A DNA stretch of 64,000 bases from Aplysia californica. Lineage: Eukaryota. The position numbers and the translations under genes are program-made. The DNA lies in the NCBI RefSeq assembly GCF_000002075.1, contig NW_004797289.1, positions 1,712,154 through 1,776,153 on the forward strand, in the 5' to 3' direction. Below are positions 41,185 to 53,100 of the stretch, one piece after another (the stretch's first letter is position 1; each line of letters starts with the position of its first letter). The notes beneath the pieces are model-generated. The model made no database searches. It was not told the DNA's origin and saw only the letters and a list, made by a program, of their open reading frames with translations.

Positions 41185-44100
41185 AAACACAGAGTACTAC
41201 ACAACTAACCGACTGGTGTGAGAAAGCCACCTCCAGGGAGTCCATGGCTTCCAGCAGTGTCCGCTCTCCCTCATTCTCCAGGTACTCAAAAGACGCCTCC
41301 TGCACACACACACACACACACAAACAACAGTCAGAACACACTTTAGTCTGACCCATTCTCAGTGGTTTCCTTTAGATATGTGTTCAAATCCTCTAGACTC
41401 AAAGTATCACCTGACCAGCGACACACCTGGTTGTCTACTAATCATGAAAAGTAAAGACATGTAAGGAGGGGAAAGAGGCTGAGTAAATGAAAAAATATTT
41501 TAAAATATAATAATAATAATAATAATAATAATACATAGCATTTGTATAGCGCATATCCCAGCTCAACAGCAGGCTCTAGGCGCCTTACACTATATTATTA
41601 CCCCAGCAGACCATAGAACACTCCGAAACATTCTCAGCTTCCGAGGAAGCTTACAGTGCAAGCAGCGGATTTCACGCGCTCAAACACTATCAAACTGACA
41701 AGATCTTTCTCTGTCTATAGCTGGGTACCCATTTCCACCTGGGTGAAGTGAGGAAAATTTGTGCAAAGTGCCTTTCCCAAGGACACAACGTCGGGCCCCT
41801 AACGGGATTGGAACCCACGACCTTACGGTTGCGAGTCCGAGAGCCTAACCACTGGGCCACCGACGCCACACACACGTACATTAGAGCATATACATCTATA
41901 CGTGTGTGTTATCCCACTAACAAAGAAGTTTTAATCTTTCGTGTATTTGCAGTATATCGATTCAATACAGTGAAATTCAGATGGAGAAAAAGGAAATCAA
42001 AAAGAGATTTTTCCCCCAATTTTCTGTCCATCCCCCACCGAGACCAATGCTAAAATATAATAACAACCTCACAGACCATTAAAGTGACATCTACAACCAT
42101 CACCCTACTAAATAATTCTACACAAAAGCAAATTAGATTAAGTACCACTTATGATCACATGATTAAGTCCTATTACTTCAACAGTAATGTCAAATTTCAT
42201 TTACAGTGGATTCTTCGCTATTTTTTTAAAAAAGTGAGCGAACAGATACCTTTGTGATCAAGTCGGAATGTCGGATGATACAACGGACGAAAAAGCGGTA
42301 GTCCGTCACCTCTTGGCCTTTAGCCACCTGAAAAGAAAAAGAAAACAAAATATGATGAGGAGAAAAGCGGGCATACTAAAATCTGAAGAAATGGAACACA
42401 ACAGTTTGCCTAGCAACCAAAACTGATTTAAGTATAAGAGAAGTGTATCAATCACAAATAAAGTGATTATTTTTGTTTTAAAGAGAATTCTACTGCACTT
42501 TCAACACAATTAGGCTATATACTGTCAAAGATTAGAGGTACTACAAGAGAGTAACAAACACAAAAAAAGAAGAGAGGAGAGATAAGGATGATAGATATTT
42601 CATAGGAAAGAAGGAGCAAACCACATCAGAGCACCTGCCAACTACCCAAGCTGGTGATCTGATGCTAGAACAAGAAAGGGAGACAAATGCGGGGACCCAA
42701 AAATAACTCAAAACTGAGGAAAAATACATAAAAATTACATCAATATTAATAAAAGAATCAAAAGATGAATCTTCATTTGAAGAGAAAGTGTATGTGTGTG
42801 CCTGGGTGCATGATGTGTGTGTGTGTGTGTGTGTGCCTGGTGTGTGCGTGAGTGGATGTGCATGTGCATAATATGTGTCACGACGCAGTGGAATCAGGCT
42901 CTCGTTAATTTTTGTGCATGTGGAGTTCTTGGTATCATCTTAAAGCTCGTTCATTTATCTTGCTTTTAATGACAAAATACCCATTTATCTTGAGTAGAAG
43001 TGAAGATATTTGTGACAGAAAGAGGTACGTTCACTTGGTTTCAGCTGTAAAAATAGCGAGGAAATGACCGCCAAAGTTTGATAACTTCAATAGCTTAAGT
43101 GAAACCTGAAAAATTACATATTTTCAGCTTTTAATCAACGTTTTCCATTATAATTCACATGGAAATGTGTTTTTATTTGGACATAAAAGGGTAGAACAAA
43201 AAAACAAAAATTTGATTGAAATTGCGAAACTGGTAGGCAAATACATGTTACTCCAATTTTGTTATTTTGACCAGCGCCTGATTTCTCCATGATGCCTCAC
43301 ATATGTGTGTGCACATGTGTGTGCTAGTGAGTCTGTTCGTTTGTGTGTGTGTCTGTGTGAGTGTGNNNNNNNNNNNNNNNNNNNNNNNNNNNNNNNNNNN
43401 NNNNNNNNNNNNNNNNNNNNNNNNNNNNNNNNNNNNNNNNNNNNNNNNNNNNNNNNNNNNNNNNNNNNNNNNNNNNNNNNNNNNNNNNNNNNNNNNNNNN
43501 NNNNNNNNNNNNNNNNNNNNNNNNNNNNNNNNNNNNATCATTCTAAGGCAAAAAGCGTCCCTCACCTTGGCTTTTCCCAAGTACAGATGCATTTTGAGGT
43601 TCGCGGTGGGGATCGCCTCCAGTTCAAAGTTTCTTAGTCTGTTGATCTCCAGCTGGAAGGCGAGAGCTGGTTCCAAGTGCCGATAGATCCTGTCCTCTCG
43701 GAACTGAACAACGGAGACCATGAAAAACACTCCATCAATATACAATTGGCACATATGTCTATTTCTGTTGGTATTTCCAAAGACATAAAAATACAGGATA
43801 AAAGTCAGTGAGACTGAAGTACAAAAGTTAATCATGAATAACAATAATAATACCAAACAAAGAACTCTTTTTTTCTATTCTAAAATAACCGAAACCCAAA
43901 GCTAGAATGCCAAAGGACCTTCTTCTGTTTGAGTACAGGGAAACACATTGAAGCTAAGGTAATTTAGTTCAGGAAAAAAAAAACAAGAATGAAAGAAAGA
44001 AAGAAGATAGGGACAGAAAAGGAATAGGACCTACCTATGGTGTCCTCCCAACTACCTATTAATGCATCTCCTCCCTCAGTAAAGCATTACAAAGGAAAAT

Positions 44101-47100
44101 TTGAAGAAAGAAGAGCATAACTACTGGACAAATGTCCAAGCTAATTTGCACTTGGAAGGATGCAAACATTTTTAATGACCCGGAGACTCGCTTCATTTTT
44201 GTTTTAATCAAGAGTTTTATGGCACTTGAAAGACAATTAAGTCATACAAGTGTCAAAGATTGGAGGAGTTACAAGAGAGTAATTAACACAAAAAAGGAAG
44301 AAGGAGAGATATTTTTTAATCTCTTTTTCAGGAGAGGTTTTACAGCACTCACAACAGCATAAGGTCATATGAGCGCCAGAAGATTAGAGGTGTTACAAGA
44401 GAGAAACAAACATAAAAAAGAAGAAGGGGAGGTAAGGATGATAGATGTTTGATAGGAAAGAAGGAGCAAACCTCACCAGAAACCCATCACATGCCCAAAG
44501 ACTTACGTCAAATTTGGCTCTGAATGTGAAGTACTTTGGAATGGCCCTCTGTAAGAAAAACAAAGCAAACAGCAATGTTATAACATCATCACACAGCGAA
44601 AAGACTTAAAGTGTGTAAGTAAAACTAAACCAAAGTCCACTCAAATATGCTGAACGTGGTGACTAAGTTAACAACAACGCCCCTATCCCTGTATCTAGTT
44701 TTCACTAAAGAGAAAAGACTTGATTAACTTTATTTGTCCTGCACATTCTGCTTTAAGAAACACAAAACGGTTGACTTTGAATGAGTACAGGTTTTACTGC
44801 ACTATCAACAAAATTTTGATTGTGTAAGTGTCAAAAACAAATGCACTTTAACAGGCCTGTTTCACTATTGATACAAAGGAAAAATAAACATTTATATAAT
44901 TCTCAATAAATATGTTAAAACAGATGTGGCAACCAAAAACATGAAATATAATGAAACTTTGTTTCTAATTCACTTCTTAATATGTGGACTTCTTAATAAT
45001 TTATTATACTATAGGTAATACTTCTTCATCAACATAAAGTCTTCCCCTCGTTTCACACCACCCCAACTCAACACTCAGTAACGTGAAGGGAGCACAAACA
45101 CATCACAGGTGGTCCAAGAAAAACAACACATACGTTGTTTTGGTAAGCATTTTACAGCACTTGAAACACAATTAGGTTATGAGCCAAAGATTAGAAGTGT
45201 TACAAGAGAGTAACAAACATGAAAATGGAGGAGAAATATGGATAATAGATGTTTGATAGGAAAGAAGGAGCAAATCACACCTGAGCACTCGCCAACCACC
45301 CGTACATATAATGCGTTGTGTAAATTTCTCATCATTTTTTAGCCAGTGCAAGGATGTGCTGGCACTTAAAATATAACAACGGAAGTCTTGTCACCAGTCA
45401 AGAACAAAGTTTGATCGCAGAAAGGAAAACTGAACATGTTCACACAATAACACATTCAGCGTGTATCTTAACCCCATGCAGGAGCAGCCACTTACGCTGT
45501 TTGCTACCACAAACGTCACACGCCGGATTCCTTTAGCGTTCAAAGCTGCCTCCTGAAATAATGCACAATAAAAAGAATTGGTTGACATTGTGTGCACAAA
45601 TTGAACAATACATTGTGTGCACAAATTGAACAAATATACATTCGGCTAAGTACAAATCAGGGGGAATTATGAAGGAGAGGAAAAGAACAAGTAAATTTTA
45701 CATTTAGTTTTAGTAAGACATTTACTGCACTTGTAACACTGTCTTGTCATAGAAGTGCCAAAGATTACAGGTGTTACAAGAATGTAACATACATACATAC
45801 AAACAAAAGACGGAGGAAAAATGAGGACAACAGATTTAACACGATAAGAAAGAAGGAGCAGACCACACCAGAGCACCCACCAACTACCCACACAGTATAT
45901 CTGGCATGTGTAATGTGGCATGGAAAAAACAAGGCAGAAAAAGCCCAGCAATTGACCAAGATACAGCATGTGACCTATTCAGTATCCACTTTTACTTAAA
46001 TACGGGTACACATAATTTTTAGTCAAATCTGAGCAGGTATTTAATGCTATTTAATGCTATTTATTATTTATTTAGCTCACTTAAGAATTTCATTATCCTA
46101 TATGACAAAAGCAATGGTATACGTCTACTGAATCTATTCATAAGGTTGTATTAGAACATATTTTCTGACAAACACTAAGGTTTTCATAGACTGAAATATG
46201 CCTCCATGTCAGAAAAATATTGTTAAGTGTTGCAAGCTCAGTAGTTTTCATCCTAGAAACACACTCAACACATTACGCATAATTCAAAAGCTTTCCTCAC
46301 AACTTTTTAGTTTAGTTTAGTTTTAGTAGAGGTATTACTGCACTCGCAACTGCATAAGGTCATATGAGCGCCAGAAGATAGAGGTGTTACAAGAGAGTAA
46401 CAAACATAAAAAAGAAGAAGGAGAGATAAGGACGATAGATGTTTGATAGGAAAGAAGAAGCAAACCACACCAGAGCACCCGCCAACCACCCACTCTCACT
46501 ACTTTTCTTTCATTTTGTTTAAGTAGAAGTTTTATGTTACTTGCAACACAGTATGGCCATAAGTGACAAATATTAGAAGTGTTACATGAGAGCAAGAAAC
46601 ACAAAGAGGAAGTACAATAAATGTATGATAGGAAAGAAGAAGCAAACTACACCTGAGCACCTGCCAACCACCCACTTTCCCTACTTTCTAGTTGAGTAAA
46701 CTTGCAAAGGACTGATCATGAAGAATGGAGATCTTTCTATGACCATGCAGCTTATCCAGTAACTACATCCTGGACAGAAAGACATTTTAAGCATAGAAAA
46801 TTTGAGCAAACAGAAAATAATTTATGTTAAGACGGAGTGGACGACCGATGAGAGGGGAAAATGGCACAAAGGACCCTGACCTTGCTGCGACAAAAGTCCT
46901 GTAAGAGTGTGGCCAGCTTGTCGTCCTCGTCCGTGTGGAGACGTTTGATGGCGATGTTGATGATATGCGTCGGGTCGTCTGTCAATGAGTCTGACATGTT
47001 CTGTGGACGATTAGAACCGCGCCGCATCTTCTCATCAACATGGAGCCAGTACAAAGGTGTGTTGGCACTTAACACATGACAACAAAATTCTTGCCGAAAG

Positions 47101-50100
47101 TCAAAAACAAGGTTAATAGCAGATGAGGAAACCCCCCCCCCCCCCCCCCTCCTCAATCCTTTTCCTCCATGAAGTAAAAAACCAACATTTATATTTGTCT
47201 GCCAAATCCTTTTTCAAGAGCACTGTCATTTCTTCTTTGAAAACGTTAAAGTCATGTGAAAGTTGATTAAATAAAAACAAAAGAACCAAAGCAACAGACA
47301 CTTGAATAATAATATTTGTCAGGTGCTCATCAATTTTTGGGCGTGTCGAGTTTTTAGTATCATCTTCAAGCTTGCTCACGAGTACTATCTTGAATATAAG
47401 ATGAGACATTGCAATTGGAGAAGATGGAGGTGTCCTGGTTTCAGGGGAAAATTAGCGAGAAAATAGCCACCAAAGGTTGGTACCTTGCATAGCTTGAAAG
47501 TCCCTGGAAACTGAAAATTCACATTTTTTGTGCCTTTAATTAACATTTTTCAGTAAAATCCACACAGAAATGTGCTATTAAATAGACATAAAAGATGTAG
47601 AGTCAAAAATAAAAAATTCTGTGAAAATTACAAAACCGGCAGAAAAATGCAGATTTCTTCAATTTCATTATTTTGATGAGTACCTGATTTCATCATGATG
47701 TCTCACACAAATAGGATTATATAAAGGAGTTAAAAAATCAAGGAAAATCGCCATTATTTTTGACTGATTGCAAGACAAGTAGCTCGTAAGGAATGCAAAA
47801 CATCAAAACATTTGAAGCACTTCTTGAAAGACATAATACAACTAAACTTCTGAACCAGCTGAGTTTTGTTCTAATCATAGTCAAGTCTTTATAGGACAAC
47901 CACTATTTTCTACCCTATGTGCACCATGAAGCAATGTGGAGTAAAATAACAGCAAACTTCTAAAAACAGCAGTAATAGTTATGATAGAAATAATATATTC
48001 ATCATCATCATCCCCATTATTACAATATTAATAAGCACAATAATCAGAAAAAACCAAAGTCATAGTACAATAATACTAGACTGCACTTGTATAGTCCATT
48101 CCCTACTTGAAAATTAGCTTCCCCAAGTTCATTATGACTTCAAAAGAACTTATAATTTTCTGGAAAGTTTTCAGCATCGTGTAGAGCATCATGATGACAT
48201 TGAAACACTTGCAACAAGACACTGAGACACTTACAGAACCAGACAATACAAGACACTGAAACAGAACTAAACAAGACACTGAAACACTTACAATACTTGA
48301 CAAGACACTGAGAAACTTACAAAACGAGACCAGACATTCAGGACACTTACAGAACTAGACAAGACACTGAAACAAAAAAGACAAGACACTGAGACAGAAA
48401 AGTAAACAGCACACTGAAACACAGAACAAGACAAGACACTGAAACACAAAAGTAAACAACACACTAAAACACAGAACTAGACAAGACACTGAGAAACTTA
48501 CAGAGCCAGACGAGACATTGGGGACACTTACAGAACTAGGCAAGACACGGAGACACAAAAGTAAACAACACACGAAGACACAGAACTAGACAAGACACTC
48601 AGAACACTTACAGAGCAAGACAAGACACTAAGACACAAAACTAGACTAGATACTGAGACACAGAACCAGCCAAGACACAAAGACACAGAACTAGACAAGA
48701 TACTGAGACAAAAAACTAGACAAGACACAAATACACAGAACTAGACAAGACACAGGGACACTTACAGAACTAGACAAGAGACGGAGACACAAAAGTAAAC
48801 AAAACACAAAGACACAGAATTAGACAAGACACTGAGACAAAGAACCAGACGAGAAACTTGGGACACTTACAGAACTAGACTGCGTCGAGGAGTCATCCTC
48901 AGCGTCAGAGACCAGGGGGCTGCCTGGTGGAGTCATGGACTCGAACCTCTCCACAACCGTGTCAAAGTTCCTGAAAGGGAGGATAACACTCTGGTAAGCA
49001 CAGGGCTCAAAGACATCATTGAGGAAAAATTATCGTGAAAAGAGTTTGCTGGTTTAAGACTCTGACAGGGGAACAGGGGAAGGGAGGGGGAACCAAAAAA
49101 AAAAGAAACAGGAATGACCCATGTCTGTTCTCTCTCTCATTCCTCTCTGTCTGTCTGTCTCTCTCTCTCTCCTCCTCCTCTCACACATGCCTTCTCTTCC
49201 GCTCCCCCCCNNNNNNNNNNNNNNNNNNNNNNNNNNNNNNNNNNNNNNNNNNNNNNNNNNNNNNNNNNNNNNNNNNNNNNNNNNNNNNNNNNNNNNNNNN
49301 NNNNNNNNNNNNNNNNNNNNNNNNNNNNNNNNNNNNNNNNNNNNNNNNNNNNNNNNNNNNNNNNNNNNNNNNNNNNNNNNNNNNNNNNNNNNNNNNNNNN
49401 NNNNNNNNNNNNNNNNNNNNNNNNNNNNNNNNNNNNNNNNNNNNNNNNNNNNNNNNNNNNNNNNNNNNNNNNNNNNNNNNNNNNNNNNNNNNNNNNNNNN
49501 NNNNNNNNNNNNNNNNNNNNNNNNNNNNNNNNNNNNNNNNNNNNNNNNNNNNNNNNNNNNNNNNNNNNNNNNNNNNNNNNNNNNNNNNNNNNNNNNNNNN
49601 NNNNNNNNNNNNNNNNNNNNNNNNNNNNNNNNNNNNNNNNNNNNNNNNNNNNNNNNNNNNNNNNNNNNNNNNNNNNNNNNNNNNNNNNNNNNNNNNNNNN
49701 NNNNNNNNNNNNNNNNNNNNNNNNNNNNNNNNNNNNNNNNNNNNNNNNNNNNNNNNNNNNNNNNNNNNNNNNNNNNNNNNTGTGCCATAGCAACAACCAC
49801 TGTGGCCATATTGCCATAGCAATAACCACTGTGGCCCTATTGCCATAGCAACAACCACTGCGGTGGCCCTATTGCCATAGCAACAACCACTGTGGCCTTA
49901 ATGCCATAGCAACAGCCACTGTGGCCTTAATGCCATAGCAACAACCACTGTGGCCTTAATGCCATAGCAACAATCACTGTGCCCAGTTGCCATAGCAGTA
50001 ACCATTGCGCCCCGTTGCCTTGGCAACACTCACTGTTTAAGCTCCTCCACGTTCTGGAAGGCCATCATGACCCCCATACGCTGGCAGACAGGCGGTTCCT

Positions 50101-53100
50101 CCCAATGCTCCGACTCTGAGCCCGAGTCCTTGTCCGTGCTGTTTAGTCTTAACAGGCCACTCTCAAACCGGGTCACCATCATTCTGGAATGGTTTGAAAA
50201 AAAAAATGCAAGATCTTTTTACCCAAGCCAAAGTAAAAAAAAAAGACACTACTGAGTTTTTTCGACAAAAGGACAAGGGGTAGCTGCCCATTAAATTTAA
50301 TGAGTCTGACACTAGTGGGGAAAACCCAGAAAATAATCATAATAACAATAACAATAACAATAATAATTGGAATATATATCGCACGTAATCCCTAGAAGGC
50401 TTTACGCACTGCACAATGCAGAATCATTCCTCAGCTTCAAAAGTTAATTCATAATAAAATTTCTTTTTATAATGTAAGTGCTTTTACGCCCCCCATCAAC
50501 ACAATTTCGATCATTTAGGAAGCAAACTTCCGACCTTTCCCGTCAGGACCAACTTGAGCCGAGAGAAATACAACATCCCAGAAGAAAGACTGCAATACTT
50601 GATAAAAATGTTCTCTCCACTCGGGAAATTGCACTCAGGTCTCTTGCGCACGACAGTAAAATGCCTAACCACCGGCTGTAGACAATTGAAACCACTCTGA
50701 AGATACAATCTGTCTAATCTGAAAGAACAATATAATCTGTTCAATCTGAAAGAAGAACAATCGATATAATCTGAATGTATAATCTATCCAATCTAAAAGC
50801 ACAATCTATCCAGTCTTAAAGAACAATCTATCCAATCTAAAAGCACAATCAATCCAGTCTGAAAGAACAATAATATATCCCATATGAAAGAACGATCTAT
50901 CCAATCTGAAGGTAACAGAGTAAACCAGATTCACGACAACAAAGACAGAAACTCAGCTGGTCCACGAGATCACCTATCCAGTGCCGTTCATTACACATTC
51001 AAAAATGGTTGCACTCTAATCAGATTACACGGCAGCCTCAGGCACAAGACACACTACTGAAATATTCTCATTCTACTGGAAGCTTTCACAGAAAGTCATC
51101 TAAACCAAGCACATTTTATGGGCTATCATAAACCTGGCCTACAACGGTCATTTAGTGGTCATGACCAGCCATAAATAAAACCCTGAACACATCTATATTA
51201 CCCCTAGTACAATAGCATACAGGAGTTAACAATTACCATGCAGATTATGCACAACTTGAAGCCAAGCTGGGAGACCACAAAAATGCACTGTCGTCAACCT
51301 GCTAGTCGTATAAACAGTGAACAAATTAGTTTACTGCTTGAAGCAAGCACAGAGTCTTATGCACAGACAAGCATTCAACTCTCTCCAATGCTAAGAAATC
51401 TCTTCTGTCTCATTTAATATGTTTCTCTGAAACGCTTCAGGGCTTAAAAATATATTTCTTCATTGCTTATAACAAGCACAATGTCAAATATGAAAAATAC
51501 AATTTGACTTTCTCCACTTCTTACAGTAATTTTTTGGTCTACAGAACACATTTCCCTGATATACTTGTTGAAGCTGTCATAGATTTTTTTTTAAAGTGAT
51601 GCCAGCGGCTTTCTCTGACAGACACATTTTGATAGGAAATCCGAAGACAAAACTCACTCTGGACTGGAGAAAAACACCTGACAGCACTACTCTCCTTCAG
51701 AGAACGAAATCAACAACTGATAACGCTACTCTTCCCAGACAACTGCTACAAATGTAGCTAGCGCAGACAAAACTCATAAAAAACTTTATAGGTCTCTATC
51801 TATCATTTTGCAAAGCAAGCTGTTGTACATAAGTGTGTGTGGGGGGGGGGAGAGAGAAGAGGAGAGGGGTGTACAGCTCATTATTATGACCAGTGCAGTA
51901 ACTGTCATGGCAATAAGGCTAACTAAGCTGTACATTCGTAACCTGATCCTTCACATCAGAGAACCACGAAATGAAGCTGCACTGACAGCTCATAAACATC
52001 ACACAGCAGTATGTCCACCTGTGGTCCATGTAATATGGAAGAGAAATTTCACCCCTGACTGAACAAGTAACTTGACACAACACCCAAATGATCCTTAGCC
52101 AAGAAATTTGAGTACACAATATGTTGTTCCTTCATTACCATAATCACATATTCATCAAAAAGTTTGAATTCTCAGTTACTTTGCCTTCTCACTTTAAATG
52201 CTTCGGCAGCAAAACAGTTTATTGTTCATATTCTATCCATAAAATATTGTGACCCCTTCAGTGTCATATTGACAAACTTGGTATGTCATGGAACTGAACA
52301 CTTTTCCACATCTTTACACACCAGGGAATGCAAAACAAGTCATTTTTAAAGGGTTAAAGGAACCCATTCGTGACTCTAATTTTGTGCAAATAAAACAAAA
52401 TTATTCATTACCAAACCCAAAATCCAACAATGAGCACAATAGCATCACCCCACTTTTACCACACGAGAACTACTGGTAAAAACAAAAAATCTATTAAAGT
52501 CCAATGTGAGGCATGCTGACAAAATGAATTACTTCTCAGATTGTATAGCCTACTGTATAAAGATTTCAATTCATACGTTGAGTTTTTACAATTTATTCGT
52601 ATGAAATGATAAAAGACATGTTAACTTGAAGACAATGACAACAGTAAAAAATCAACAAATTTGACCCATATATTAATTAATTTTCAGAAGATAACTCCAT
52701 TCAAGGATTGTGAGAGGTGACTCATTTTGTTAACATGCTTCACAAATGGTTCCAAGAAGGCAGAAAAGAAAATAATAAAAAATCAATTTCTAGGTAATAA
52801 AAAGCTACACACAATACAAATCTACTCCTTCACTCTACACCATTATCCTCAGTAGTACACCTAGAGACCCTCAGCATAAGGCTTTAAAAAAATGAATTAG
52901 ATAAGACAATGAAAAGGCAATACTTTAATTCAGCATCATTGTAAGAAATAAACAGCATGGGTGACAAAGGTGTGTATGAAATTGATATATTAATTAATTT
53001 TCAGAAGATAACTCCATTCAAGGATTGTGAGAGGTGACTCATTTTGTTAACATGCTTCACAAATGGTTCCAAGAAGGCAGAAAAGAAAATAATAAAAAAT

